Shown one piece after another: positions 19,730 through 28,306 of a stretch of DNA of 60,988 nt. The position numbers were made by a program, and so were the translations under genes. Within the stretch, counting starts at the first letter, position 1. Each line of letters starts with the position of its first letter. The notes under the pieces are model-generated. The model searched no databases. It saw nothing but the letters and a program-made list of their open reading frames with translations, and was not told the origin of the DNA. The stretch is from Gemmatimonadaceae bacterium (lineage in GTDB: Bacteria; Gemmatimonadota; Gemmatimonadetes; Gemmatimonadales; Gemmatimonadaceae): contig JBBDYA010000124.1 of NCBI GenBank assembly GCA_040902005.1, forward strand, positions 1-60,988, in the 5' to 3' direction.

Positions 19730-19940
19730 GCTCAAGGTCCTGCGCGCCGAGCGCGATTGGTCGCAGGCGCAGCTCGCCGACCGGCTGGCGGTGTCGCGGC
19801 AGACCATCAACGCCATCGAGACCAGCCGGTACGATCCCAGCCTGCCCCTGGCCTTTCGCATCGCCCGTGTGTTCGGCCGGTCCATCGAGGGGGTCTTCGA
19901 GTCCGAGGAGGACTACCAGCAGGGTGATGGCGCGCGGTGA
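19719..19940 (+). CDS. XRE/Cro-C1 family HTH transcriptional regulator
   Basis: NRLKVLRAERDWSQAQLA..VSRQTINAIE..YDPSLPLAF. Confidence 0.93.
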   Translation: MRNRLKVLRAERDWSQAQLADRLAVSRQTINAIETSRYDPSLPLAFRIARVFGRSIEGVFESEEDYQQGDGAR

Positions 19941-19962
19941 TCGCGCGCGATAACATCGCGTC

Positions 19963-20460
19963 ATGCTTCCGTCCGCACTTCACACGGTGCTGCTGCGCGA
20001 CCTGCGCGCCGTGCGCCGCCAGATCGAGGCGTATCCGGACGACGCGAGTGTGTGGCGCACGATTCCCGGCCTGCCGAACGCAGGCGGCACGCTGGCGCTG
20101 CACATCGCCGGAAACGTCAGGCACTTTTTCGGAGCGATGCTGGGCCGGGACGGCTTCGTGCGCGATCGCGACGCGGAATTCGAGCGGCGCGATGTGTCCC
20201 GCGCGGAGCTCCTGGACGGCGTCGACGCCGCCATGGCCTCCGTTGAACGCACGCTGACCACCCTGGGAGACGACACGTTGTCCGCGCCCTATCCCGAACC
20301 GATCGCGAAACGGCGGATCGCCACCAGCCAGTTTCTCGTGCATCTCGCGACGCACCTGGCCTATCATCTCGGTCAGCTGGACTATCACCGCCGGGCCGCC
20401 ACCGGCGATGCCAGGGGCATGGACGGCGTGTCGGTGCGGGAGTTGCCAGAGATCGCCTGA
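19963..20460 (+). CDS. DinB/DUF1572-like four-helix bundle protein
   Basis: NAGGTLALHIAGN, RDRDAEF and HLAYHLGQ motifs. Confidence 0.85.
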   Translation: MLPSALHTVLLRDLRAVRRQIEAYPDDASVWRTIPGLPNAGGTLALHIAGNVRHFFGAMLGRDGFVRDRDAEFERRDVSRAELLDGVDAAMASVERTLTTLGDDTLSAPYPEPIAKRRIATSQFLVHLATHLAYHLGQLDYHRRAATGDARGMDGVSVRELPEIA

Positions 20461-20489
20461 CGGCTGACGCCGCCACCCGATCCTGGCTC

Positions 20490-21038
20490 ATGGCCGACGA
20501 AACACCCACACAACGCGACGCCCCCGGCGCCCCCGACGACCAGCACGACCCCGGTCCCGCGGTCACGGGCCCCGAGGTCCGCGAGCGCATCCTGCGCATC
20601 GCATTCGACGACGATCGGCCGCGGTTCGAGCAGTTCATGCAGACCCTGCGGGACGCGATTCCACCCGACGTGGCGGTGGCGATTCGCGGCAGTGCGGTCA
20701 CGGGCAAGCGCTGGCGTTCAGAGATCCCGTTCGACGCGGACGGCCCCGGCACGAGCGACCTGGACCTGACGCTCATCGGCGGCGACATGGTGAAGCACTT
20801 CGACGTGCAGTACATCCCGGGCATGCATTCGGCGCCACTGAGCGACGAGCATCCGGACGCCTCGGTGACGTTCCTGCCGCTGCGCCTCGCGCTGTGCAAG
20901 ATCGCCCGGCGGCCAGTGAACATTCAGGCGACGAGCGACGTTCTCCAGTACATGCGCGACGTGGTGATGAACCAGCCCTACTTCATCCTCATCGAAAAGG
21001 ACGGAGAGCAGGACTGGCCCTCGGCTGGGCCGGCGTGA
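20490..21038 (+). CDS. Hypothetical protein with a Pol-beta-type nucleotidyltransferase-like signature
   Basis: AIRGSAVTG...PFD...TSDLDLTL...RRPVNIQ. Confidence 0.6.
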   Translation: MADETPTQRDAPGAPDDQHDPGPAVTGPEVRERILRIAFDDDRPRFEQFMQTLRDAIPPDVAVAIRGSAVTGKRWRSEIPFDADGPGTSDLDLTLIGGDMVKHFDVQYIPGMHSAPLSDEHPDASVTFLPLRLALCKIARRPVNIQATSDVLQYMRDVVMNQPYFILIEKDGEQDWPSAGPA

Positions 21039-21040
21039 CG

Positions 21041-21781
21041 ATGCGCTTGCTCAGCTACAACATCCGGTTTGGCGGGCGCGGCCGGGAGCAGGCGCTTGCG
21101 TCGGTGATCCAGGCAGTGGATCCGGACGTCGTCCTGCTCCAGGAGGCGACGGATCCCGGCGTGATCGAGACTCTGGCGCGCGCCACGTCGCTGGCGCACT
21201 GGGGATCGCGCCCCGACTACTCAATGGGTTTTCTCTCCCGGCTGCCCGTCCGGCATCACGCCTGGCACCGGCCGCGCACCGCCCGCCACGCCTTTCTCGA
21301 ACTCGACATCGAGGGTGCCGAGTGCCGCATCTTCGGCCTGCACCTGGTCGCCTGGTTCTCCAAATGGACCGAGCGGAAACGTGCCCGGGAGATTCGGGCG
21401 CTGCTCGACGGGATTCGCGAGCATCAGGACGGATTTCACCTCATCGCTGGAGACTTCAACGCACTCGCGCCCGGCGAGTTGCTGGAGGTACGGCGCATGC
21501 CCCGCTGGATTCGCGCCATGATCTGGCTCAGCGGCCGCGACATCTCGCGCGAAACGATCCAGCTGATGCTCGATGAAGGATACGTGGACTCCTGGCGGCG
21601 GCTGCACCCGACGGGGAACGGGTACACCTTTCCCACCTGGGACCCGCATGTGCGCCTGGACTACGCCTTCGTGCCAACCCGGCACGCGGAGCGCGTCGTC
21701 GTGTCCGAGGTGCTTCTCGCGCCGGAGCAGATCATTCGCGACGCGTCGGATCACGCGCCACTCCTGATCGAGGTGCGCTGA
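21041..21781 (+). CDS. Endonuclease/exonuclease/phosphatase (EEP) family protein
   Basis: SYNI, LQE, AGDFN, RLDY and ASDHAPL motifs; alternative GTG at 21035 overlaps the upstream stop. Confidence 0.92.
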   Translation: MRLLSYNIRFGGRGREQALASVIQAVDPDVVLLQEATDPGVIETLARATSLAHWGSRPDYSMGFLSRLPVRHHAWHRPRTARHAFLELDIEGAECRIFGLHLVAWFSKWTERKRAREIRALLDGIREHQDGFHLIAGDFNALAPGELLEVRRMPRWIRAMIWLSGRDISRETIQLMLDEGYVDSWRRLHPTGNGYTFPTWDPHVRLDYAFVPTRHAERVVVSEVLLAPEQIIRDASDHAPLLIEVR

Positions 21782-21822
21782 TCGCCGGACGCGCTTAGGA
21801 TACACCAACCCCAATCCGGAGG

Positions 21823-22257
21823 TTGGCCATGTCCAGTGCCGTCATGCCCACGGGCAGCCGCGAGGACGATCTCGGCAAGCTCATTTTGCGCCTGGCAATC
21901 GGTGTCCTGCTCCTGCTGCATGGGATCTTCAAGCTCCGGAATGGCATCGGCTGGATGGAGGGCATGCTTGGCGGCATCGGCCTGCCCGCATTCGTGGGCT
22001 ATGGCGTGTACGTCGGCGAGGTCGTGGCTCCGCTGCTCGTCATCGCCGGCAAATTCACCCGGCTCGCCGGGATCGTGATCGCGTTCAACATGATGGCCGC
22101 GGTTCTGCTCGCGCTGCGCGACCGGATCCTGACCCTGAACCAGGGCGGCGGCTGGGCCATCGAGCTGGAAATGCTCTTTCTGCTCGGCGGCGTCTGCCTC
22201 TTCTTCTTCGGCAGCGGACGGTTCGCGTTGTCCCGGGGCACGGGGCGCTGGGATTAG
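21823..22257 (+). CDS. DoxX family membrane protein
   Basis: LRLAIGVLLLLHGIFK, GEVVAP, GGWAIEL and GSGRFAL motifs. Confidence 0.88.
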   Translation: MAMSSAVMPTGSREDDLGKLILRLAIGVLLLLHGIFKLRNGIGWMEGMLGGIGLPAFVGYGVYVGEVVAPLLVIAGKFTRLAGIVIAFNMMAAVLLALRDRILTLNQGGGWAIELEMLFLLGGVCLFFFGSGRFALSRGTGRWD

Positions 22258-22266
22258 GGGCTGACG

Positions 22267-22980
22267 TCATTCACGTGGCGGGTCCGTGAGAGTGAAGTTG
22301 ATCCGCTGTTCCACCAGCTGGCGCACCCGACGCCCGGTCGCTTCGGCTGCGCTGTAGCGGTTGCGCCCCAGCCACTCGACTACCGCGACGCCAAACAACG
22401 CGTGTGAGTCGCGGACGATCTCGATCGAGCCGGCCTCCACGCGACCCAGCGTGTCCACGACGAATCGCACCAGCACTTCTCCTTCGATGGACGCGCCGCG
22501 CAGCGCCGCGGGGTACCGGGGCTGCCCATTGCCGCGATGCGCCACCACCGCCCGGTCCACGTGCGCGCCACGGAAGATCCTGTCCCGCGACGCGCTGCCC
22601 GGCGTGCCCTCAGTGCTCGGGCTTCCACCCCATGGCTCCGTCGTCATGGGCGCGGTCGGCAGCGGATCGTCGAGCCGGGAAAATCCGATCGCGGGAAGCG
22701 GAATGGCTGGCGCCACAATCGCGGCGCGGATCCACGGCGCGAGTCTCCCCGCATCCCGCGGAGCGTGGGTAGCCCTCGGCTCGTCGAGCCGCGGTGGCTC
22801 GCGATACACCAGGAGCGGCTGCACGCGCTCCCGCTCGATCACGGGGCCAGTCGCTCGCATGGTCGCGGCGATGCCGAACGCGATCAGCGCGGCGTGAATG
22901 GTAGTGCTGCCAATGGCCCAACCGGGGTGACGTGCTTCGCGGCGCCCCACCCCCCCGCTCTCCAGCATCTGTCCGAACAT
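22267..22980 (-). CDS. tonB: Energy transducer TonB
   Basis: N-terminal TM with S..IH; Pro-rich linker; PRYPAALRGASIEGEVLVRFVVDTLGRV TonB_C domain. Confidence 0.85.
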   Translation of the reverse strand: MFGQMLESGGVGRREARHPGWAIGSTTIHAALIAFGIAATMRATGPVIERERVQPLLVYREPPRLDEPRATHAPRDAGRLAPWIRAAIVAPAIPLPAIGFSRLDDPLPTAPMTTEPWGGSPSTEGTPGSASRDRIFRGAHVDRAVVAHRGNGQPRYPAALRGASIEGEVLVRFVVDTLGRVEAGSIEIVRDSHALFGVAVVEWLGRNRYSAAEATGRRVRQLVEQRINFTLTDPPRE

Positions 22981-23080
22981 GGTGGCCCTCCCGTCGAAGT
23001 GCTACTCGACGGTACACACGGGCCATTGCGCCGCGATTGTGGCCGGATGATGGAATCGTGAAGGCGTCGTGAGCGATGCG

Positions 23081-24397
23081 TTACTTCACCGTCGCGCGCT
23101 CGAGCGTGGTCGCGCCGCCCTCGTTGGTCGTGAGGTACACCACACCCCCCTGACCGAAACCGACGATGGTGCGATTGGCGGGTACCTGGACGCGATCGAC
23201 CAACTCACCCTTCGAGTTGATCACGTCGTACACGGCACCGCCCTCCCGCGCCTTGGTCGGAATGGTGCGTACCCACAGGTTGCCGTCGGCATCCGCGCGG
23301 ACGGAGTTCGCGAAGAACACCGGTTGATAGTCGGGCAGTTCGTCCGGCGTCACGAAGTTCATTCGATTCCCGCCGCCGGGGCCAGCGCCACCGCCAGGGC
23401 CGATCATGATGCGCACGGGCCCGTCGCCGCCGCCCGCATCCGGTCGCGCCCGGCGCTGCTGCCGCGTGCCGCTGTCGACTGGTGCGGCGACCGGAGCGGT
23501 GGGCTCCATGCGTTCGCGCGCTGCTTTCACCGAATCGATGAAGGCCGCCTTGTCTTCGTCGGACAGACGCCGCCAGTCGAAGGGAATTTTGGGTGACGAT
23601 TCCCTCGTGCCGTCGGGGCGAATCCAGTCGATGTGGTAGTCCTGTCCGCGGATGAGCGCCACAGAGCCATCCGACAACACCGCCCAGTCATCGGTGGTCG
23701 GCAAGGGATTCATGGTCGCGGACATGGTGACCCGGCCGTTGTCGTCGCGCGACATCTCCATCTTCACGCGGGGAATCCTGACGTATCCCAGCGTGTCCAC
23801 GGCACGCGACACCAGGTCCACCCGAACGACCGGAGTGCTGTCGGGAATCTGCGGAGGTTCGAACGCCGTTGCCGCGGCCCCACCCGCGGGGGTCGCCATG
23901 CGACGCATCTCGAAGCGCGGAGCGCCGCGATAGACCAGCCGCCCGGCGCCGTCGAACCCTGGCGCTCCGGCCATGGCGCTGCCGAGCATCATGGCGTCCT
24001 GCGAGCGCGGCACCGACATGACGCGCGCCACCTTTCCCTCCGGCTCGATGAGCAGCATGGACATCGACGCCGGATCCACGAAGAGCGACGAATCGCCGTG
24101 ATAGGGAATGAGCCCGCCCGTGCGGCCGCTGTACGCGGTCGCGGTGGCCGGCGTGCTGTCGGCAACGACATGGGTCAGCCGCAGCGCGCCGTCGAGAAAG
24201 ACGACCCGGCGATGCTGAACGTCGTTCACCAGCACGCCCTGGCGAACGTGACGCACCGTGAGGTTGGCGCCGAACTTCTCGGATGCCGTCGCCTCCACCG
24301 GACCGAGCGGGCGGATGGGCGGCTGATGCTGGGATTCGGCGACGCTGCCGAACGCCGAGATCGCGAGTGTGGCGAATGCAAAAGCGAATCGAGTCAT
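23081..24397 (-). CDS. Secreted beta-propeller-like hypothetical protein
   Basis: Signal peptide; repeated beta-strand motifs (DADGNLWV, YDVINSKGEL); lies between the TBDR and tonB. Confidence 0.65.
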   Translation of the reverse strand: MTRFAFAFATLAISAFGSVAESQHQPPIRPLGPVEATASEKFGANLTVRHVRQGVLVNDVQHRRVVFLDGALRLTHVVADSTPATATAYSGRTGGLIPYHGDSSLFVDPASMSMLLIEPEGKVARVMSVPRSQDAMMLGSAMAGAPGFDGAGRLVYRGAPRFEMRRMATPAGGAAATAFEPPQIPDSTPVVRVDLVSRAVDTLGYVRIPRVKMEMSRDDNGRVTMSATMNPLPTTDDWAVLSDGSVALIRGQDYHIDWIRPDGTRESSPKIPFDWRRLSDEDKAAFIDSVKAARERMEPTAPVAAPVDSGTRQQRRARPDAGGGDGPVRIMIGPGGGAGPGGGNRMNFVTPDELPDYQPVFFANSVRADADGNLWVRTIPTKAREGGAVYDVINSKGELVDRVQVPANRTIVGFGQGGVVYLTTNEGGATTLERATVK

Positions 24398-24467
24398 GAG
24401 ATGCGTATCCACGAAAAGTCCGGGTGTCTGCGGAGATGCCTGCCCCGCGCGAAAGTGTCGGCGGGCA

Positions 24468-27400
24468 TCAGGGCGATCTGATTTCGATGCGGCGCATGCC
24501 ACCGCCGTCCGAGAACACCGCGCCGCCGGCGGGAACGAACCCGCCGAATCCCCCCGCCCCCAACCCGGCCGTCCCCGACCGGATCGAGGACAGGTAGCGC
24601 GTGTCCAGGTAGCTGGTGACGAACGCGGGCAGGCGGCGCGTCTGTTCCGGCGTGAGGATGCCCTTTACGCGCGGTGACATGCCCCTCAGCAGGTCCACCG
24701 TCTGGCGACGCGCCACGATGTACCGATGATACGCCTCGTCGTGATCGTAGTCGTCCGGAAGCGCGGCGAAGTCCTTCACGATCTGCGACCAGAAGCCATC
24801 CAGCTTGATCACGTATTCGCGATTCATCGTCGCGACGCTGTCGGCCTGGGCACTGGTGAGCTGCAGCGTATCCTGCTGGCGCAGGATGGTGGCGAGCGGA
24901 TTCGGAATGCCGCCGTTGCCGAACATCGCGCGCAGCAGCATCTCGGGCGCCTTGTCTCCCCCTCGCCTGCGGCCGCGATCGAGCTGCTGTGTGAGCATCT
25001 GCCGCTCGCGCGTGGGGCCCACGTCGAAGCGGAGCATCGCGGTGAGCGTCACCGGCGCGCGCAGCTGGTTGAACGCGGGATTCGTGGCGCCAAAGCGATT
25101 GTTCACCTCGTACTGGAACCGCGGGTTCGTCGGATCCGCATTGTCGAAACCGCGGACATAGAGCAGCGCGGCATCCGGAAAGGGCGTCTGCCCCCATCCG
25201 CGCAGCCCGTCCGAGCCGTGCATCATCAGGTCAGCCGCACCGAGCGGATTCGAGAGGTTGAAGCTCAGGGTCGCGCGCTGTGGCATGCGCACCTTGATGG
25301 GATTGAACGAGAGCGACATGTTCGCGGTGGATGTCCAGGGCCCCTCACAGCTGAGCCGTCCCGCCAGGGAGCCGAGCTGTCGGGACAGGCAGTTCCGCGC
25401 CGCGGTCGAACCGCTCGTCAGCAGCGCCTGCATGCCGGCCGCGATGGCCGGATCCGCCGTGGTCGCGGGATCAAAAAGGAACGCGCGGTCGTTCGAGTAG
25501 CCGTCGCCGTTCACGTCGCCCGCCACCATCGGCGTAAACCGCGTGCCCGACCGGAACTGGCCGGACCAGTTCACCCGCAGGAAGTCGAAGAAGTTGTATC
25601 CCAGACCGTAGCCGATCTGATGCGGCGGCGAGGCGCCGCGCCCGGACTCGACGTCGAGGGGATTCCCCACGGTGCTGCTGAAACCGCGGAACTCCTCGCG
25701 CACCTGCGAATGCGTGTACCACGCGCTCCAGCTGAAGCCCGTGCTGAATCGCGTGGGCGAGACCCGCACGGTGACCTGCGCGGACTGACTCTGGAGGTCG
25801 GATCGCATCTCGCTGACCCGGGAATATTGCGACGACACACGCGCGTCCTGCGACGCGATGGTGCCCGTAGCCGGGACGATGCTGGTGGGCTGCACGTACA
25901 CCGGGCGTCCAGCCTCCTCGCCCAGCGTGAACCGCGCCGTGGGATCGAAGTTGCGGTCCACGCTGCTCGACTGATTGAGGTTGAGCGAGTAGGTGACGTC
26001 CACCGACGTCGTGAACCGGTTGCTGAGCACCGGACCGCTCCATTGCAGGTTCGAGCGCACGCTCCTCGGCGATACGTAGTCCGGCGAGAATGCCGTCACA
26101 TTTGGCGCGACGTTCGCGAAGGGCGTACCCATGCTGCCGTCGGCGCAGGTGGTCGGAATCATCGACGCGTCCACGCCGTAGGCATCCCAGTCGGGCATGG
26201 GAGTGGCCGCGCCCACGCACGTAACCTGTTGCGCGGCGCCAGGCAGGCCGGTGTTGTCCAGCGCGCTGCCGATCGAGGTGACGCCGGGCAGATTCTGGAA
26301 TAGCCCCACACCGCCGCGAACCACCGCGCGCGGTCCACGTTGCGCGCCCATGAAGGACGCAATCTCCGCGGCCTGGCCGTAGGTCCACGAGAACCCCATG
26401 CGCGGGCTCAGGTAGAGCCGGTTCGGCAAGCGGTCGTTGCGAAGGCCGTACAGTGCGTCGATCGCGGCGTTGTACGCCGGGGCGGTGAGAAAGCGGCTCC
26501 CGTCCAGACGCACGCCATAACTGAGCTGCACGTTGCTCCGGGGACGGTAGGAATCGCCCAGCGAAACGCCGCCCACGAGCTGGTTGATGTCGCGCTGGCG
26601 CGGCGACAGCTGGCGCGTGAAGGACGATGGGGCGTTGGCCTCCAGGTCCGCGAGCGAGTTGTAGGTGAAGGTTCCGAGGGTGTTGATCGCGAGGAGCTGG
26701 TCGGACGACTCGTGACGCAGCTCGGAGGCGAGCTTGAGCCGGTGCTTGTTGTTCAGGCTGATCCACGAGAGCTGGTTCTGCGCCTGGAGGGACGTGGTGC
26801 GCTGTGTGGTGTTCAGCGACGGATTGCCGCCGAACGCCAGAGACTGCACGGCGCTGCTCCCATCATCGAACAGTGACGTCACCCGCACGCGCCCGGCGGG
26901 AAGGTCGAGGTAGGGCGTTCCGTAATTCTTCGAGGCGGCGAGGCCCAGAGACGTTTCCGTGAGCACGCCAATGTCGAGGAAGCTGCTGTGCCGGCCCTGG
27001 ACGCCATATCGCCAGTTCGTCCGCTCCCCGCCGAATGCCGGCACTTCGGTGGCGGAACCGCTGGCCGGCGCCTGTTTGCCCCAGTTGCCGTTGAACGCCA
27101 CGTTGACCGCGCGGCCGCTCGTCGCGGTCGGGGAGGTCAGGTCGACGCTTCCGAAGATCGAGCCATTGTCACCCACGCGGTCGCTTCGCAGCGGGCCGAC
27201 GGCGGTCGGTACCTGCTGCGCGTCGAGCGCCGCGATCACCGCGTTGCGCGACGCGTCCGAGACGCCGGCGGCACGCAGTCCCAGCGGATCAGCGGACAGC
27301 AGCGTCTCGAATCCGCTCGTCCTGCGACCCAGCTGGTACGACACGCTATAGAATGCCTGATCATACACCAACGGCCCCGACACGAGCCCGCCGAGCGAGG

Positions 27401-28211
27401 CGTTCGAGTACTCCTGCCCCAGGGCGCGCGCGGACGCGTCGGTCCACTGCATGGCCGGCGAATCGAAGTTGAAGCTGTTCGTGCGCGAGATGAAATTGGA
27501 GCCCGGCCGCGAGCGGATGCTCATCTGCGCGCCGCTGAACCCGCCGCGGGACACGTCGTACGGCGACGTGACGAGCGAGGTCGTCACGGCGGCGTCGCGC
27601 GGCAGCGTCGCGCCACCGAACGACATGCCGTTCAGCGTCGCATTGTTCTGGTCCGCACCCAGCCCCAGCACCGAGTAGCCGCTCGATCCGTCCTCATTGG
27701 TCACGGGCTCCACCCCGGGGAGCGTCGCGGCCATCGCGGCGAGGTCGCCCATCAGGTTGGGAGGCACGTCTGTCGGGGTGATGGTGCGCTCGGTTCCGCT
27801 CACGTCCGGCGCCACCTCGTTGCGCCTGGGGCGCTGCCGCTCACCGACCACCTCCACCGCGTCGAGTACGCCACCGACGGGCTGGAGTCGCGCGTCCGCG
27901 ATCAGCACCTCCTCATCGGCGATGCGCTTCACCTGGAAGCGACGCACCGCATAGCCGAGCGCTGCGAAGTTGACGAGGTAGTCGCCGTCCCCACCGGGAA
28001 CCGTGATCGTGTACCGACCGTTCCGGTCGGTCCGCGCCGTCCGGTTCACGTTGCCGGAAATCGTCGTCGCCGTCACGATGACGTCGCGGATCGGCAGGCT
28101 GTCCGGACCGGTCACGCGGCCGCGGATGATGTCGGTGTTCTGGGCTGCGGCCGGGCTCGCCATGGCGAGTCCGGCAAGGAGCGCCAGGCAGGCGGCGCGA
28201 AGATGAATCAC
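24468..28211 (-). CDS. TonB-dependent receptor (Oar-like, N-terminal carboxypeptidase-regulatory-like domain) with C-terminal helical extension
   Basis: Signal peptide; IRGRVTG..TDRNGRY; plug (LPGV, NNATLNG, YDVSRGGFSG); GDVNGDG; helical tail after the last predicted strand. Confidence 0.85.
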   Translation of the reverse strand: MIHLRAACLALLAGLAMASPAAAQNTDIIRGRVTGPDSLPIRDVIVTATTISGNVNRTARTDRNGRYTITVPGGDGDYLVNFAALGYAVRRFQVKRIADEEVLIADARLQPVGGVLDAVEVVGERQRPRRNEVAPDVSGTERTITPTDVPPNLMGDLAAMAATLPGVEPVTNEDGSSGYSVLGLGADQNNATLNGMSFGGATLPRDAAVTTSLVTSPYDVSRGGFSGAQMSIRSRPGSNFISRTNSFNFDSPAMQWTDASARALGQEYSNASLGGLVSGPLVYDQAFYSVSYQLGRRTSGFETLLSADPLGLRAAGVSDASRNAVIAALDAQQVPTAVGPLRSDRVGDNGSIFGSVDLTSPTATSGRAVNVAFNGNWGKQAPASGSATEVPAFGGERTNWRYGVQGRHSSFLDIGVLTETSLGLAASKNYGTPYLDLPAGRVRVTSLFDDGSSAVQSLAFGGNPSLNTTQRTTSLQAQNQLSWISLNNKHRLKLASELRHESSDQLLAINTLGTFTYNSLADLEANAPSSFTRQLSPRQRDINQLVGGVSLGDSYRPRSNVQLSYGVRLDGSRFLTAPAYNAAIDALYGLRNDRLPNRLYLSPRMGFSWTYGQAAEIASFMGAQRGPRAVVRGGVGLFQNLPGVTSIGSALDNTGLPGAAQQVTCVGAATPMPDWDAYGVDASMIPTTCADGSMGTPFANVAPNVTAFSPDYVSPRSVRSNLQWSGPVLSNRFTTSVDVTYSLNLNQSSSVDRNFDPTARFTLGEEAGRPVYVQPTSIVPATGTIASQDARVSSQYSRVSEMRSDLQSQSAQVTVRVSPTRFSTGFSWSAWYTHSQVREEFRGFSSTVGNPLDVESGRGASPPHQIGYGLGYNFFDFLRVNWSGQFRSGTRFTPMVAGDVNGDGYSNDRAFLFDPATTADPAIAAGMQALLTSGSTAARNCLSRQLGSLAGRLSCEGPWTSTANMSLSFNPIKVRMPQRATLSFNLSNPLGAADLMMHGSDGLRGWGQTPFPDAALLYVRGFDNADPTNPRFQYEVNNRFGATNPAFNQLRAPVTLTAMLRFDVGPTRERQMLTQQLDRGRRRGGDKAPEMLLRAMFGNGGIPNPLATILRQQDTLQLTSAQADSVATMNREYVIKLDGFWSQIVKDFAALPDDYDHDEAYHRYIVARRQTVDLLRGMSPRVKGILTPEQTRRLPAFVTSYLDTRYLSSIRSGTAGLGAGGFGGFVPAGGAVFSDGGGMRRIEIRSP

Positions 28212-28306
28212 GGGAATCCTGAGGGGGCGAGTGCCGACAACGGTGCTCTGCGTCTATCGGATACTTGGACTCGCAGCAGCGTCAGAGGGTTGCCTGGTGC
28301 GTCTAC

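Noticed and set aside
28258..28296. ECF-sigma-like promoter (GCAACC...GAGTCC) upstream of the TBDR
   Set aside because: Single weak match and no ECF sigma gene in the window; not supportable.
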